Shown piece after piece: positions 50,611 to 62,489 of a stretch of 64,000 nucleotides of DNA. The number at the start of each line of letters is the position of its first letter. The stretch's first letter is position 1. The notes under the pieces are model-generated. The model saw only the letters and a program-made list of their open reading frames with translations, made no database searches and had not been told where the DNA came from. This DNA comes from Hemiscyllium ocellatum (Eukaryota). The position numbers and the translations under genes were made by a program. The stretch is taken from positions 23,952,048 to 24,016,047 of the forward strand of contig NC_083409.1 in the NCBI RefSeq assembly GCF_020745735.1, given 5' to 3'.

Positions 50611-52379
50611 CGGGTCTCAGGCTACAGTCTGATATTGATCAGCTGCTAAATTGGGCAGAACAATGGCAGATGGAATTTAATCCTGATAATTACGAGGTGA
50701 TCCAATTTGGGAGGTCTGATAAGGGAGGGATATACAAAGTGCAAGGTATATGCCTTGGGTGTCCTTGTGCATGGATCACAGAGGGCTGATCTGCAGGTAC
50801 AACAAATAATGAGGAAGGCAAATGGAATTTTGTCCTTCATTGCAAAAGGGATTGAGTTTAAAAAGCAGAGAGGTTATGTTGCAGCTGTACAGGGTGCTGG
50901 TGAGGCCACACCTGGAGTTCTGCATGCAGTTTTGGTCTCCTTACTTGTGGAAGGGTGTACTGGCACACAAAGGGGTGCAGAGAAGGTTCACTAGGTTGAT
51001 TCTGGGGTTGAGAGGGTTGACCTGTGAGAGGAGAAACTGAGTCGACGGGGATACATTCATTGGAACTTAGAAGAATGAGGGTGGTGGGGGATCTTATAGA
51101 AACATATAAAATTATGAAGAGAATAGATAAGTCATAGGATGTTTCCACTGGTAGGTGAAACTAAAACAAAAGGGCAGAGCCTCAAAATTAGGGGGAAGGA
51201 AATTGAGAAGGAACTTCTTCACCCAGAGGGTCATAAATCTCTGGAATTCCTTGTCCAATGAAGTAGTCGATGCTACTTCAGTAAATATTTTCAAAACTAA
51301 GATTTTTTTTGAACAGTAAAGGAATTAAGAGATACAGTGAGATCGTGGGTAAGGGGAGCTGAGTCCATGAAAAGATCAGCCATGAATCTTATTGAATGGC
51401 AGAGCAGGCTTGAAGGGCCTGATGGCCTACTCCTGCTTCTAGTTCTTCTGTTCTTATGTTCCTTGGGAGTACTGGGGAACAAAGGGACCTTGGTGTACAA
51501 GTCCATCAATCCCGGAAGGTATCAGCACGGCTAGGTAGGGTGGTGAAGGAGGCATATGGGATGCTTGCCATCACTAGCCAGGGTATAGAATATAGGAGCA
51601 AGGAAGTCTCGTTGTTACTTTATAGAGCATTGATTAGGTCATATCTGAAATACTGTGTATCGTGCTGGTCATGACACTGTCAGAAGGTTGTGATTGGACT
51701 GGAGAGGGTGTAGAGGAGATTCACCAGGATGTTGCCTGTGATTGTCGGAGTGGGGAAAACATTCCCTGCTGAAGGAGTCGATTTCCTTCTGGGGAATGGT
51801 TTGTCAGGACTAAAGGCAGTAGCTTCCCCGTTAATTACAGAATGTCCAAAGGAGGTCCAAGAAACAGAACAATGACAGGAATAGGTTCCTGGTCTCTCTC
51901 CTTCGTGTGAGGTAACCAGGGCCATGGTTAAACAAAATCCATCAATAAGGGTTGATGTGACACCACAGCAAGCGAAAGGATCGCTGAAACTTTCTCAAAG
52001 GGTGAAGATAATCCAACTGGAGTGTTTGGTATGATGTCCCTAATTATAGCAGATCCAAGAAGCAGATCCTGAATGAACTAAATGAACACAGTCAGCTCAT
52101 ACTGAGGTCGAGGCAGAAGGAGTTTCAGAGTGCTATTACCTTCAGAATGGAGCACTGATTAGGAAGTGGAGACTCCCCCTCCTCATAGATCCCCAGAGAA
52201 AGAATGGTCGGTTAGACATTGGCTGGTGGTCCCACCCAGCTATCATAGGGAGATATTGTGGGGAGCACATCATATTTCCATGAGAGGACCATAGGGATTT
52301 GGAAAACACAGGCATCCAGAATCATGTGTTTTACTGAGCAAAAATTTTTTAAAATATGTGGTGCATTTTTAAAAAATGT

Positions 52380-54500
52380 GTCATACTTGACCTCATCCTC
52401 ACCAGTCCGCCAGCTGCAGATGCATCTGTCCTATACAGTATCAGTCAGAGTGAGCGTCGCACAGTCTTTTTGAAGGCCAACTCCTGCCTTCCACTGAGAA
52501 TAGCATCCATCATGTTGTGTGACACTATCACCACCCTAACTGGGACAGACTTACAACCGATGGGCGGCACGGTGGCACAGCAGTTAGCACTGCTGCCTCA
52601 CAGCGCCTGTAGACCTGGGTTCAATTCCCGACTCAGGCGACTGACTGTGTGGAGTTTGCACGTTCTCCCCGTGTCTGCGTGGGTTTCCTCCGGGTGCTCC
52701 GGTTTCCTCCCACAGTCCAAAGATGTGCGGGTCAGGTGAATTGGCCAAGCTAAATTGCCCGTAGTGTTAGGTAAGGGGTAAATGTAGGGGTATGGGTGGG
52801 TTGCGCTTCGGCGGGTCGGTGTGGACTTGTTGGGCCGAAGGGCCTGTTTCCACACTGTAAGTCTAATCTAATCTAAAAAAGCTCATGACTGGGCATCCAT
52901 GAGGCACAGTGGGCCATCAACAGCAGCAGAATTCTGCTCCAGCATAATCTGAAACATAATGGCCCAGCGTATCCCCCACTCAACCATTACCATCAAACCA
53001 GGGGACCAACAATGGAGAATTCAGGAGGGCATGCCAGGAACAGCACCATGCATGCATTAAGATGAGGTGTTAACCTGGCGAAGCCACTAAAGAGGGCTCC
53101 TTGCATACCAAACAGCATAAGCAGCAAATGATAGACAGAATTAAAGAATTCCACAACCAACAGATCAGGTCTAAGCTCTGCAGTCCTGAAACATCTTGTC
53201 ATGAGTGGTGTTGGATGATTAAACATCTCACTGGAGGAAGAGTCTCCACAAATATCCCCATCCTCAATGATGGAAGAGCCCAGCACAGCAGTGCAAAAGA
53301 TAAAGCTGAAGCTTTCGCAGCAATCTTCAACCAGAGGTACCAAGTGGATGATCCATCTTGGCCTCCTGCAGTGGTCTCCAGCATTACAGATAAAAGTCTT
53401 CAGCCAATTCGATTCACCCCACATGATGTCAACAAACGGTTCGAGGTCCTAACAAAACTGGAATCACTGGGTATCATTGGCAAACTCTTTGGTATTTAGA
53501 GCCATACCTGACACATAGGAAGATGGTCATGGTTGTTAGAGGTCAGTCATCTCAGCTCCTTGACATCTCTGGAGGAGCTCCTCAGGGTAGTCTCCTTCAC
53601 CCAACTATCTTCAGTTGCTTCATCAATGACCTTCCCTCCACAAGGTCAGAAGGGGTGATGTTCACTGATGATTGCACGATGTTCAGCACCATTTCCAACT
53701 CCTCAGAGAAGATCTGGATAATATCCAGGCTTGGGCTGACAAGTGATAAATAACTTTCATGCCATACAAATGCTAGACTCTGACTGTCACCAATAAGAGA
53801 CAATCTAACCAGTGTCCCTTGACATTCAGTGGTGTTACCATCAATGTGTCCCCCACTATCAACATCCTGGGAGTTGATAGCCAGCTGAAACTCACCAAAT
53901 AAACACAGTGGCTATAAAAGCAGGTCAGAGGCTAAGAATACTGCAGAAAGTACCTCACCTCTTGTCTCATGAAAGCCTGGCCACAAACTACAAGGCACAA
54001 GTCAGGAATGTAATGGAATACTCCCCACTTGCCTGGATGGGTGAAGCCCCCAACAACACTCAAGAAGCTGAACACCATCCAGGGCAAAGCAGCCGCTTGA
54101 TAGGCACAGCATCCACATGTAACCATGCCCTCTACCGCCAACATTCAGCAGCAGCAGTGTGCACTATCTACAAGATGCACTGCAGAAATTCACCAAAGAT
54201 CCTCAGACAGCACCTTCCAAACACAACCATTTCCATCTGGAAGGACAATGGTACCAGATATATGAGAACACCATTGCCTTCAAGTTCCCCTCCAAGCCAT
54301 CTTGACTTCAAAATGTGTTGTGTCCCTTCACTGTTGCGGGCTCCAGATCCTGAAATTCCCTCCCTAATGGTGTTGTCGGTCAACCCACAGAAGGTGTACT
54401 GCAGCAGTTCAAGAGCAGCTCAAGAGCCTTCTCAAGGGCAACTAGGGATGAGCAATAAATGCTGGCCAGCCAGCGATGCTCACATTCCACTAAATGAAGA
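52380..54500 (+). mobile_element. Same non-LTR family as 17185-19345, inserted into the Gypsy relic, with a nested SINE
   Basis: GAPQGSLLHPTIFSCFINDLP...FTDD RT motifs (ORF 53523) and ORF 53908. Confidence 0.75.
52562..52874 (+). mobile_element. HE1-like V-SINE, young
   Basis: tRNA-like head, V-domain GTGGAGTTTGCACGTTCTCCCCGTG, tail GGGCCGAAGGGCCTG shared with the CR1 3' end at ~31175. Confidence 0.93.
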
Positions 54501-56479
54501 TATTATAAAAAACCTTGTCAAGTTGTAGGTCAACCTCCACACATGATGAAAGCAGCATCCTTAATTCCTCTCCCAGTTTTTGAGGAAACATTCAGTCGTG
54601 TGGAGGTGTGTCCAGCACTGAGTGTAGCAGAAAGGGGATGAGAGCCAAAGAGAATTGGTCAATTCCCAAAGTGAACTTTCTCCTGTGAGGTGAACAAACT
54701 CAGAGGCATTAGAGAATTCAGACACTGCATTTTTGTATCTGGAGAAAGATTAACAGAGGGACAGAGGGAGATTGCTCAGAGAATACAAAGAAGTTTGTAT
54801 GAGGAGTGGTGGAGGCCTGTATTCGGTCCGTACTCGATGGAGTTTAGAAGGATGAGGGGGAATCTCAGTGAAACATACAGTAGACTGAGTGGCCTGGATA
54901 GAGTAGACATGGAGAAGATGTTTCCACTTGGCAGAGAGACTGGGACCTGAGGGCACAGCCTCAGAAGGGTCCATCCTTTGGAAGTGAGATGAGGAGGAGA
55001 TTCTTCATCCAAAGGGTGGTCAATCTGTGGATTGATCATTGCTGCAGAGTGCTGTGGAGGCCAAGTCATTGAGTGTATTTAAGACAGATAGCTAGGTTCT
55101 TGATTGGTAAACCAATCACAGGTAACAGAGAAGGCAGGAGAATGGGGTTGATAAACAAATCAACTATGATAGAATGGCAGAGTGGACTTGATGGGCTGAA
55201 TGGCCACATTCTGCACTGATACATGGTCTTTAAAAGATACACTTGCATGAGCCAGATTAATTGAACATGATGTGGAGGTAGATAATTCAGACCCAATAAA
55301 ACAAAACCCATTTTGGTTAAAACCAGAGAAACTGGCCAAAGTAACAAAGGAAGCTCAATGTTTATTTGAGAATCAATTGATTGATTTGTCAGAGTAATTG
55401 GAGTTCTCCCATGTTGGAATTGAGCAAATATCCCAATCATCTAAAACCCTGGATTTTTAAAAACCTTTTAAAAATAAAGAGACAGCTGGGCTGGGCTCTG
55501 GGAAAACACAGAGACACGGGGATGGCTGCCTGGAACCATTGTTCTGCCTGGAATTCCAGTTCACACCTCAACCCTTAAAGAGACACCAACCAGACCTCAT
55601 TCTCCAGACTGAACCTCACTTTTACACCTCAGCCGACTAACACAGACATTTTGGAACCTGTACAGATACTGGACATTCAACACAATCAATACTTACTCAC
55701 AGGGATATTGGGCGTTCAACAGCAGTCAAGATACATTCACAAATACTCTTAACTGTCAGGAAGTCAAGTGACCCCAAAGGGAACACCAGAAACACATTGG
55801 ACAACACAGATCTGAGGGGAGATAACGGTGCACACAGCCTGTATAACAGCCAGCCCTAATCTGAGGGTGAGCCTTTTCAACAACAAGTTTCTGCAGGAAC
55901 AGCTTCAGCAAGCCCCAACAAGCAGCTTCAGAACCAAGAACTACAGAGGCTGAACAGAGAAGCCGAATCCCGAAACCAAACCAAGAGCATCATCGCAACA
56001 AAGGACACCCGAGAGCAGGAACACCAACCAAACGCTATCTGAACAAGAGCTTCCAGAGACAGGCCTGTTCCAATCACATTCCCAGATTCCTTCGCCTCAG
56101 TCTTACCCCCCGCCATTTATCTCTCAGCTCCCAGTCCACAGGTCTTATTCTTGAGGAAGGGCTTATGCCCAAAACGTTGATTCTCCTGCTCCTCGGATGC
56201 TACCTGACCTGCTGTGCTTTTCCAGCACAACACTCTCAACCCTGATCTCCAGCATCTGCCGTCCTCACTTTCTCACAGACCTGTCCTGAGCCAAGAGAAC
56301 CGACAGCGAGAACCTCACCAACAGGACACAAATTAAACCTGTATTTTCCTCGGTGCTGAGCTGAAAACCCTGAGACCCCAAAGTTTCCCTCTGAGCTCGC
56401 AGGGAGGGGATGGTGGGTGGTGACAGTGCATTGGGACCCAAGGGTAGGGAGCCTGATTAAAGTTTGTGTGACTCAAACT

Positions 56480-57670
56480 GTTTTGCTTCGAATAGTAGAA
56501 AGTGAGGACTGCAGATGCTGCAGGTCAGAGTCGGAAAGTGAGGCGCTGGAAAAGCGCAGCAGGTCAGGCAGCATCCGGGGAGCAGGAGAATCGATGTTTT
56601 GGGCAGAGGTCCTTCATCAGGAATGTTGGGAAGGACGACTTGTGGAACATTTCTGGGACACATGCACCAAACAACCCCATCACCCTGTGGCCGGACACTT
56701 CAAATCCCCCTTCAACTCTGCCAAGGACATGCAAGTCCTGGGCCTCCTCCATTGCCAACTCCAAGCCACCTGAAATCTGATCAGATTAGATTAGATTGTC
56801 TACAGTATGGAAACAGGCCCTTCGTCCCAACATGTCCATACCAACCCTCCGAAGAGTAACCCACCCAGACTCATTCCCCTACCCTATATTTACCCCTGAC
56901 TAATGCACATAACACTATGAGCAATTTAGTATGGCCAATTCAGCTAACCTACACATTTTGATTAGATTAGGTTCCCAAGAAATTGGAAACAGGCCCTTCG
57001 ACCCAACCAGTTCGTACCGACTCTCCGAACATTAACCCACAGAGACCCATTTCCCTCTGACTAATGTACCTAACACTGCGGGAAATTTAGAATGGCCCAT
57101 TCACCTGAGCTGCACATCTTTGAACTGTGCACCCAGAGCACCCGAAGGAAACCCGGACATGGGGAGAACGTGCAACCTCCACACAGACAGTTGCCGAGGG
57201 CTGGAACCAAACCTGGGTCCCTAGGGCTGTGAGGCCGCAGTGCTAACCACTGAGCTCCTATGTCTGGAAGAAGCATGCCTCATTTTCCACCTTAGGAACC
57301 CCCAACCACACGGCATCAATGTTGTTTTCACTAGTTTAGTTATCTCCCCTCCCTCCATCCCCCAACGAATATCCAATCCTCCAACTAGACACCACCTCTT
57401 GAACCTTCCAAATCTATCCATCATCCATCCCACCTGTCTGCTTCACCATTCCTTCTGAACTATCACTATCACCTCCCCACCACCTGCATCTACCTATCCC
57501 CTTCCCAGCTACTTTCCTCCACCCCCTGCCCCACCCTCCTATTGATCTCTCAGTCCCCTTCCACTCCCCCAACCTTCCCGATGAAGAGCTGATGCCCGAA
57601 ACATCGATTCTCCTGTCCCTCAGATGCTGCCTGACCTGCTGTGCTTTTCCAGGGCCACATTTTTTTCACT
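56480..57670 (+). mobile_element. Penelope-like 3' remnant with inverted 5' terminal repeat, interrupted by two SINEs
   Basis: HPVAGHFKSPFNSAKDMQVLGLLHCQ matches the GIY-YIG tail of 21277-23914; inverted terminus ~56490-56620; SINEs ~56781-57256; terminus with CCGATGA...GAAAC at 57578-57605. Confidence 0.75.
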
Positions 57671-58239
57671 TTAGCTTCTAATAGTGTATAACCAGTGTTT
57701 AATTTGGTAGTGTATTTAATTTCTGTTCTCTGTATAATGGATACTGTTCATTTCACTGTTTATTACATTTACATTTGCTCCTGTATTATACTTACCTTTC
57801 CTATTGAATAAACCCAGAGATTCTTTTGCCCTGAAACATCCATCTACTACCCTCTTCATTTGTCATTTTTAAATAAATCCAGCAGCAGAACCAGGGATCT
57901 GGGCTTGATTCAAACCAACTAAAAATCAGCAAATTACTGATCATAAACTGGACAGGGTACCCTGATTGAACTGTAAGAGTAATTGGAGTTCTCTTGTAGT
58001 GTTGGTTCTGAAACTAATGTTTCAATTAGAATCTGTGTAGACAGTTGGAAAGTGAATGTAGTCACAAAGATGGATTTGTACCCTATTCCCAGGTCAGGAG
58101 ATTGCATTGATAGGGTATGTCTTGTGTCAGTCTTATCCAAAAGTGATTTGTTAAAAGTACTGCTGACAACAAGAGTAAAGGAAATTTCTGCATTTGCTGC
58201 ATTCTGAATCTTTGTATACAATGGAAAACTCAAATACAT

Positions 58240-60560
58240 TCGAAACATTTTGGGATGACAGGGTATAGACTGATAGCAGCACTGAAGAAAACTAGTTTTA
58301 TACGCGAAATGGTTTTGGAAAATTTATGGGATTAAATTCTGATAAATCCACAGGATCCAATAGTCTACACCTCAGATTACTTCAGGAAATGCCCAAAATG
58401 TTTGGAAACTTTGATGTTCAAGATTCTATGCATTCTGGAATAATTCCCACTGACTGGAGAGTTGCTAATGTAACATCACTATTTAAAATGGGAGAGAGAG
58501 AGAAAGTGGACAACTTAGACCAATCAGCCTGAAAATACTCAAGTCTATTATGAAGGATTTAATCACTGAAAGACAGTGACAGGATTAGACAGAGTCAGCA
58601 TGGTTTGTGGAAAGGGAAATCATGCTTAACAAATTGACTGGAATTGCTTGAGTCTGCAAAGAGCAAATTTGACAAGAAGGAGGCAATTGACATGGTATAT
58701 TTGAAACTTTTACAAGGTTTTTAATAAGTCCCACAGAAGAGAGCATAAAAAAATTAAGATTCATGGGACTGGGGGCAGTGTACTGACATGGATAAAGAAC
58801 TGGTTGGCAGGCAGGAAACAAAGAGTAAAAATAAACTGGAATTTTTCTGAAATGGTACCACAGGCCTGGATCCAGCTATTCACAATATTTGTTCATGGTT
58901 TAGATGAGGGAACTTAAGAGTAATATCTCCAAGTTTGCAGATGACACAAAGCTGGGTGGGAGGGGGAGCTGTGAGGAGGATGCAGAGATACCTCAGTGTG
59001 ATTTGGAGATGTTGAGTGATGGCAGATGAAATACAATGAAGTTAAATGTGAGGTTACCCAGTTTAGTAGCAAAAATTGGAAGCAGATTATTATCTGAATG
59101 GTGATAGATTGGGAATGGGGAGGTGCAATAAGACCTGGGTGCCTGTGTATGCCACAATGAAGATGAGAATGTGAGAGGTGAGGGGTGGGGGTGAGTGGAT
59201 GATGACTGAGTTTGTAGATGACATGAGGTTTGGCAGATGGTTGACAGTGAGGAAGAAGGTCTTAGGTTACAGGAGGATCTAACTGGATTGGTCAGATGGG
59301 CAGATCAGAGTCAGATGGAACTTACCCCTGGCAAATGAGAGGTGACAAATGAGAATTTTGGAAGATGGAACAGATGAAGAAGGCATTTATGAAGTCAGAT
59401 GTGATACTTACCTTTATCATTTCAGGTATAGATTAGAGGACCAAGGAAGAGATGTTGGAGAATACAGAACTTTGGTTAGGCCACAGCTGGAGTACTGTGT
59501 GCAGTTCTGGTCACCATGTGATCAGAAGGATGGAATTGTACTGGAGGGGGTGCAGAGGATAGTCACCAGAATGTTGCTTGGGATGAAACATTTCACCGAT
59601 GAAGAGAGGCTGGATAAACTTGGGTTGTTTTCTTTGAAGCAGAGAAGGTGGAAGGGGGACCTGATAGAGGTGTATAAGGGTATGAGGGGAATGGGCAGAA
59701 TGAAGAGAAAGTAGCTGTTCCCGTTGTACGGAGTTGGCACACATTCACTGTGAAAGATAGGAGCTTTAGAGGGGATTTGAGGAGCAGGTTTTTACTCAGA
59801 GGGTGGTGGGGGTCTGGTTTGCATTGCCTGGGATGGTAGTTGAGGTGGAAAATCTCACAATCTTTAAAAAATACTTGGATGAACACTTGAAATATCGTAA
59901 CATGTAAAGCTATGGCCCTTGTGTTGGAAAGTTGGATGAATGCAGGTTTAGTGTAGTTTGGCTGGTACAGGTTCAATGGGCCAAAGGGCCTCTTCTGTAT
60001 TGTGTGATTTTATGATTGTATTGTGTGCAGTTTTGGTTTCTTTATCTGAGGAAGAATGTTCTGGCTGTGGAGGGAGGACAATTAAGGTTTACCAGACTGA
60101 TTCCTGGGAGGACAGCACTTAGATCTGATGAGAAACTGGATCAGTTCGGATTATATTCACTAGAGGTTAGAAGATTGAAGGGAGTCACATTGAAATCTTT
60201 AAAATCCTAACAGGAAAAGGCAGGATGTTCCTGATGATTGGGGAGTCCAGAATCAGGGATTACAATTTAAGGATACGGGAAAGGCCATTTAGAGCTGAGA
60301 TAGAGAGATTTTTTTTTCATTCAGTGAGTGGGAAGCCTGTGGAAGTTTGTGTCACTGAAAGCAGTTGAACCCAAACCAATAAATGTTTTCCAGAAAAGCT
60401 ACACATATTTCTTCTAATGAAAGGTATCAAAGATGACGGGGAGAAAACAAGAACATGCGACTGAGTTGGATTATCAGCCATGATCATACTGAAAATTGGA
60501 ACAGGCTCGAAGGGCTGAATGGCCTACTCCTGCTCCTAGTTTCACTGTTTGAGAGACTGT
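58240..60560 (+). mobile_element. Degenerate CR1 fragments
   Basis: RT and 3' motifs (ORF 59349 RPQLEYCVQFWSP); ~59370-60590 is paralogous to ~38500-39750. Confidence 0.8.
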
Positions 60561-61151
60561 TCATCAACTTGGAAACATAATGAGTTAGAGAAAAGCATTT
60601 GCCTTTGGTCAGGAATTAATTTGGAGGAAGGAGACAGATTGGAGGGATAATGTATGTCTCCTCCAATGAGCAAGAGGTAAATAGTGGTGTCCCCAGGGAT
60701 CTGTGCTGGGACCTCAATATTTCATGATATTTCTCAATGACTTGGATGAAGAAACAGAGAGTCATCTGTCCAAGATTGCTGACCACACTGAGTGAGGCAG
60801 TTAGCAGGAGGTGACAGAGATAGGGAGGGTGGATGGACAAGGAGGGACTTCCGAACAAGGATGAGAATTTGAATATCGAGGTGTTGTTGGACCGGGAGCC
60901 AATGTCGCTCAGGGAGGACGGTGGGGGATTGGGATGGGACTTGGTGCAAGTTTGGATACGGGCAGCAGAGTTTGGGATGAGCTGAGGGTTACAGAGGGCA
61001 GTGGCTGTGATGTGGCCGAGGACAACATTAGAATGGTCATGTTTGGAGTCCCAAAGCAATGGCTGAGATTTTCAGTGAGTGATCTCTGTGCTGTGGAGGA
61101 TTTGGGGCTGAGATCAGCCTCAACGATGAGGCAAGGATTGAAAGGAATCTG

Positions 61152-61385
61152 ACACTAAATAAAAGATGAAAAAAGCTGTGGTTGTTGTAAATGAGGAACA
61201 AAAACTGAAATTGCTGGAAAGGCTCAGCAGGTCTGGCACCATCTGTGGAGAGAAAGCAGTTAGCATTTTGGGACAAGTGAACCTTCTTCAGAACTATTCT
61301 GAGAAAAGGTCACGCCACCCAAAATGTTAACGCTGATTTCTTTCCCCAGATGCAGCCAGACCTGCTGAGGTATTCTGTTTTTGCA
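61152..61385. mobile_element. Second fold-back Penelope-terminus element
   Basis: Inverted arms with CTGAAGA on the minus strand near 61283-61289; absent from paralogous blocks U and B. Confidence 0.7.
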
Positions 61386-61483
61386 AAGAGTTTAGTTGAG
61401 CAGCAGACAGTGCTCAGGGAGAGGGATGGAAGTTGTACTGGGAGCTGAAAAGGATGGTTGTGATCTTCCCAATGTGTTTCCCA

Positions 61484-61667
61484 GTGAGCCTGGCTCCTCA
61501 ATCCTGACTGCTCTTAGCTGCTGTGATTGTCACTGATTGGACACTTATTATTAGAGATTCTGACCACAGCAGAAAGCCCCAGTGTAAAAAATAACTGCAA
61601 AGACTGTCAGAGCACAAGGTTGAAACTTCACCCAGAGAGGAAGTGAAAGAAGGAGCTCGGAGCAGCT
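61484..61667 (+). promoter_or_regulatory. Conserved module M1, copy C
   Basis: CTGATTGG 61533-61540, GGAAGTGAAA 61639-61648, CAGCTG 61663-61668, CATCTG 61704-61709. Confidence 0.55.
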
Positions 61668-62489
61668 GGGTGTTTGTTACTGAGACGGGAGAAAAGTGTG
61701 AACCATCTGCACTCCCTGGAATCTGACAGCACATGAGAACATTAAAACCAGGAGCAGGAGCAGGCTATCTGGCCTCTTGGGTTGCTCTGCCATTCTGTAA
61801 GATCATGGCTCATCTTTTCATGGCCTCAGCTCCCCCTACCCACCTTTTCACCAAAACGCTTGATTCATTTACTGTTCAAAAAATTACCTGTCTTAGCTTT
61901 AAAACATTTACTGAGGAAACCTCAACCACTTCGCTGGGCAGGGAATTCCATAGATTCACCACCCTCTGGGTGAAGAAGTTCCTTCTCTATTCAGTCCTAA
62001 ATCTGCTCCCCCTAGCACACGAGGAGACCATTCAGCCCATCATGTCTGTGAGTGATCCAATTAATCCCACTGCCCCTCCCTCTCCCCATAACCCAGTAAA
62101 TCGTTCCTTTTCAGCTCAATCTCTAGTTGCCTCTTGTAGACCAGCAGAGCCTGTCCCTAACCTGGGCTCCAAATTGGCATCTCAGTCATTCACCGGGAGA
62201 CAAACTGCCTGGGCTGGGAAATGGAGCTCAGGACCCTGAACATTCTCTCTCCCCTCCTGAGGGACACTTGATGATGAGGGATAGTTCCAAGGAGCCCTAC
62301 AGTACACACTTCCCCATTCTGTGTGTAAAAGGCTGGAGCCTGCCAGCAGGATATTCAACTGCAGGAGCTATCATCTGTTTAATCAGTTCTGACCACCCCC
62401 ATTCTCCATAACCCTTCTAATCATTATTGATGGACAATCTCCTCCTTGTTGTGAGACAGGGAAGGGACTAGTCTGTTGCAGACAATTTG

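Larger units (their letters stand above)
51740..58240 (+). mobile_element. Ty3/Gypsy relic, copy C, heavily interrupted
   Basis: Integrase pieces ~52200-52370 and ~54520-54600; IEHDVEVDNSDPIKQNPF at ~55260; RICVDSWKVNVVTKMDLYPIPR (ORF 57983); same CR1 3' insertion as copy U. Confidence 0.7.
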
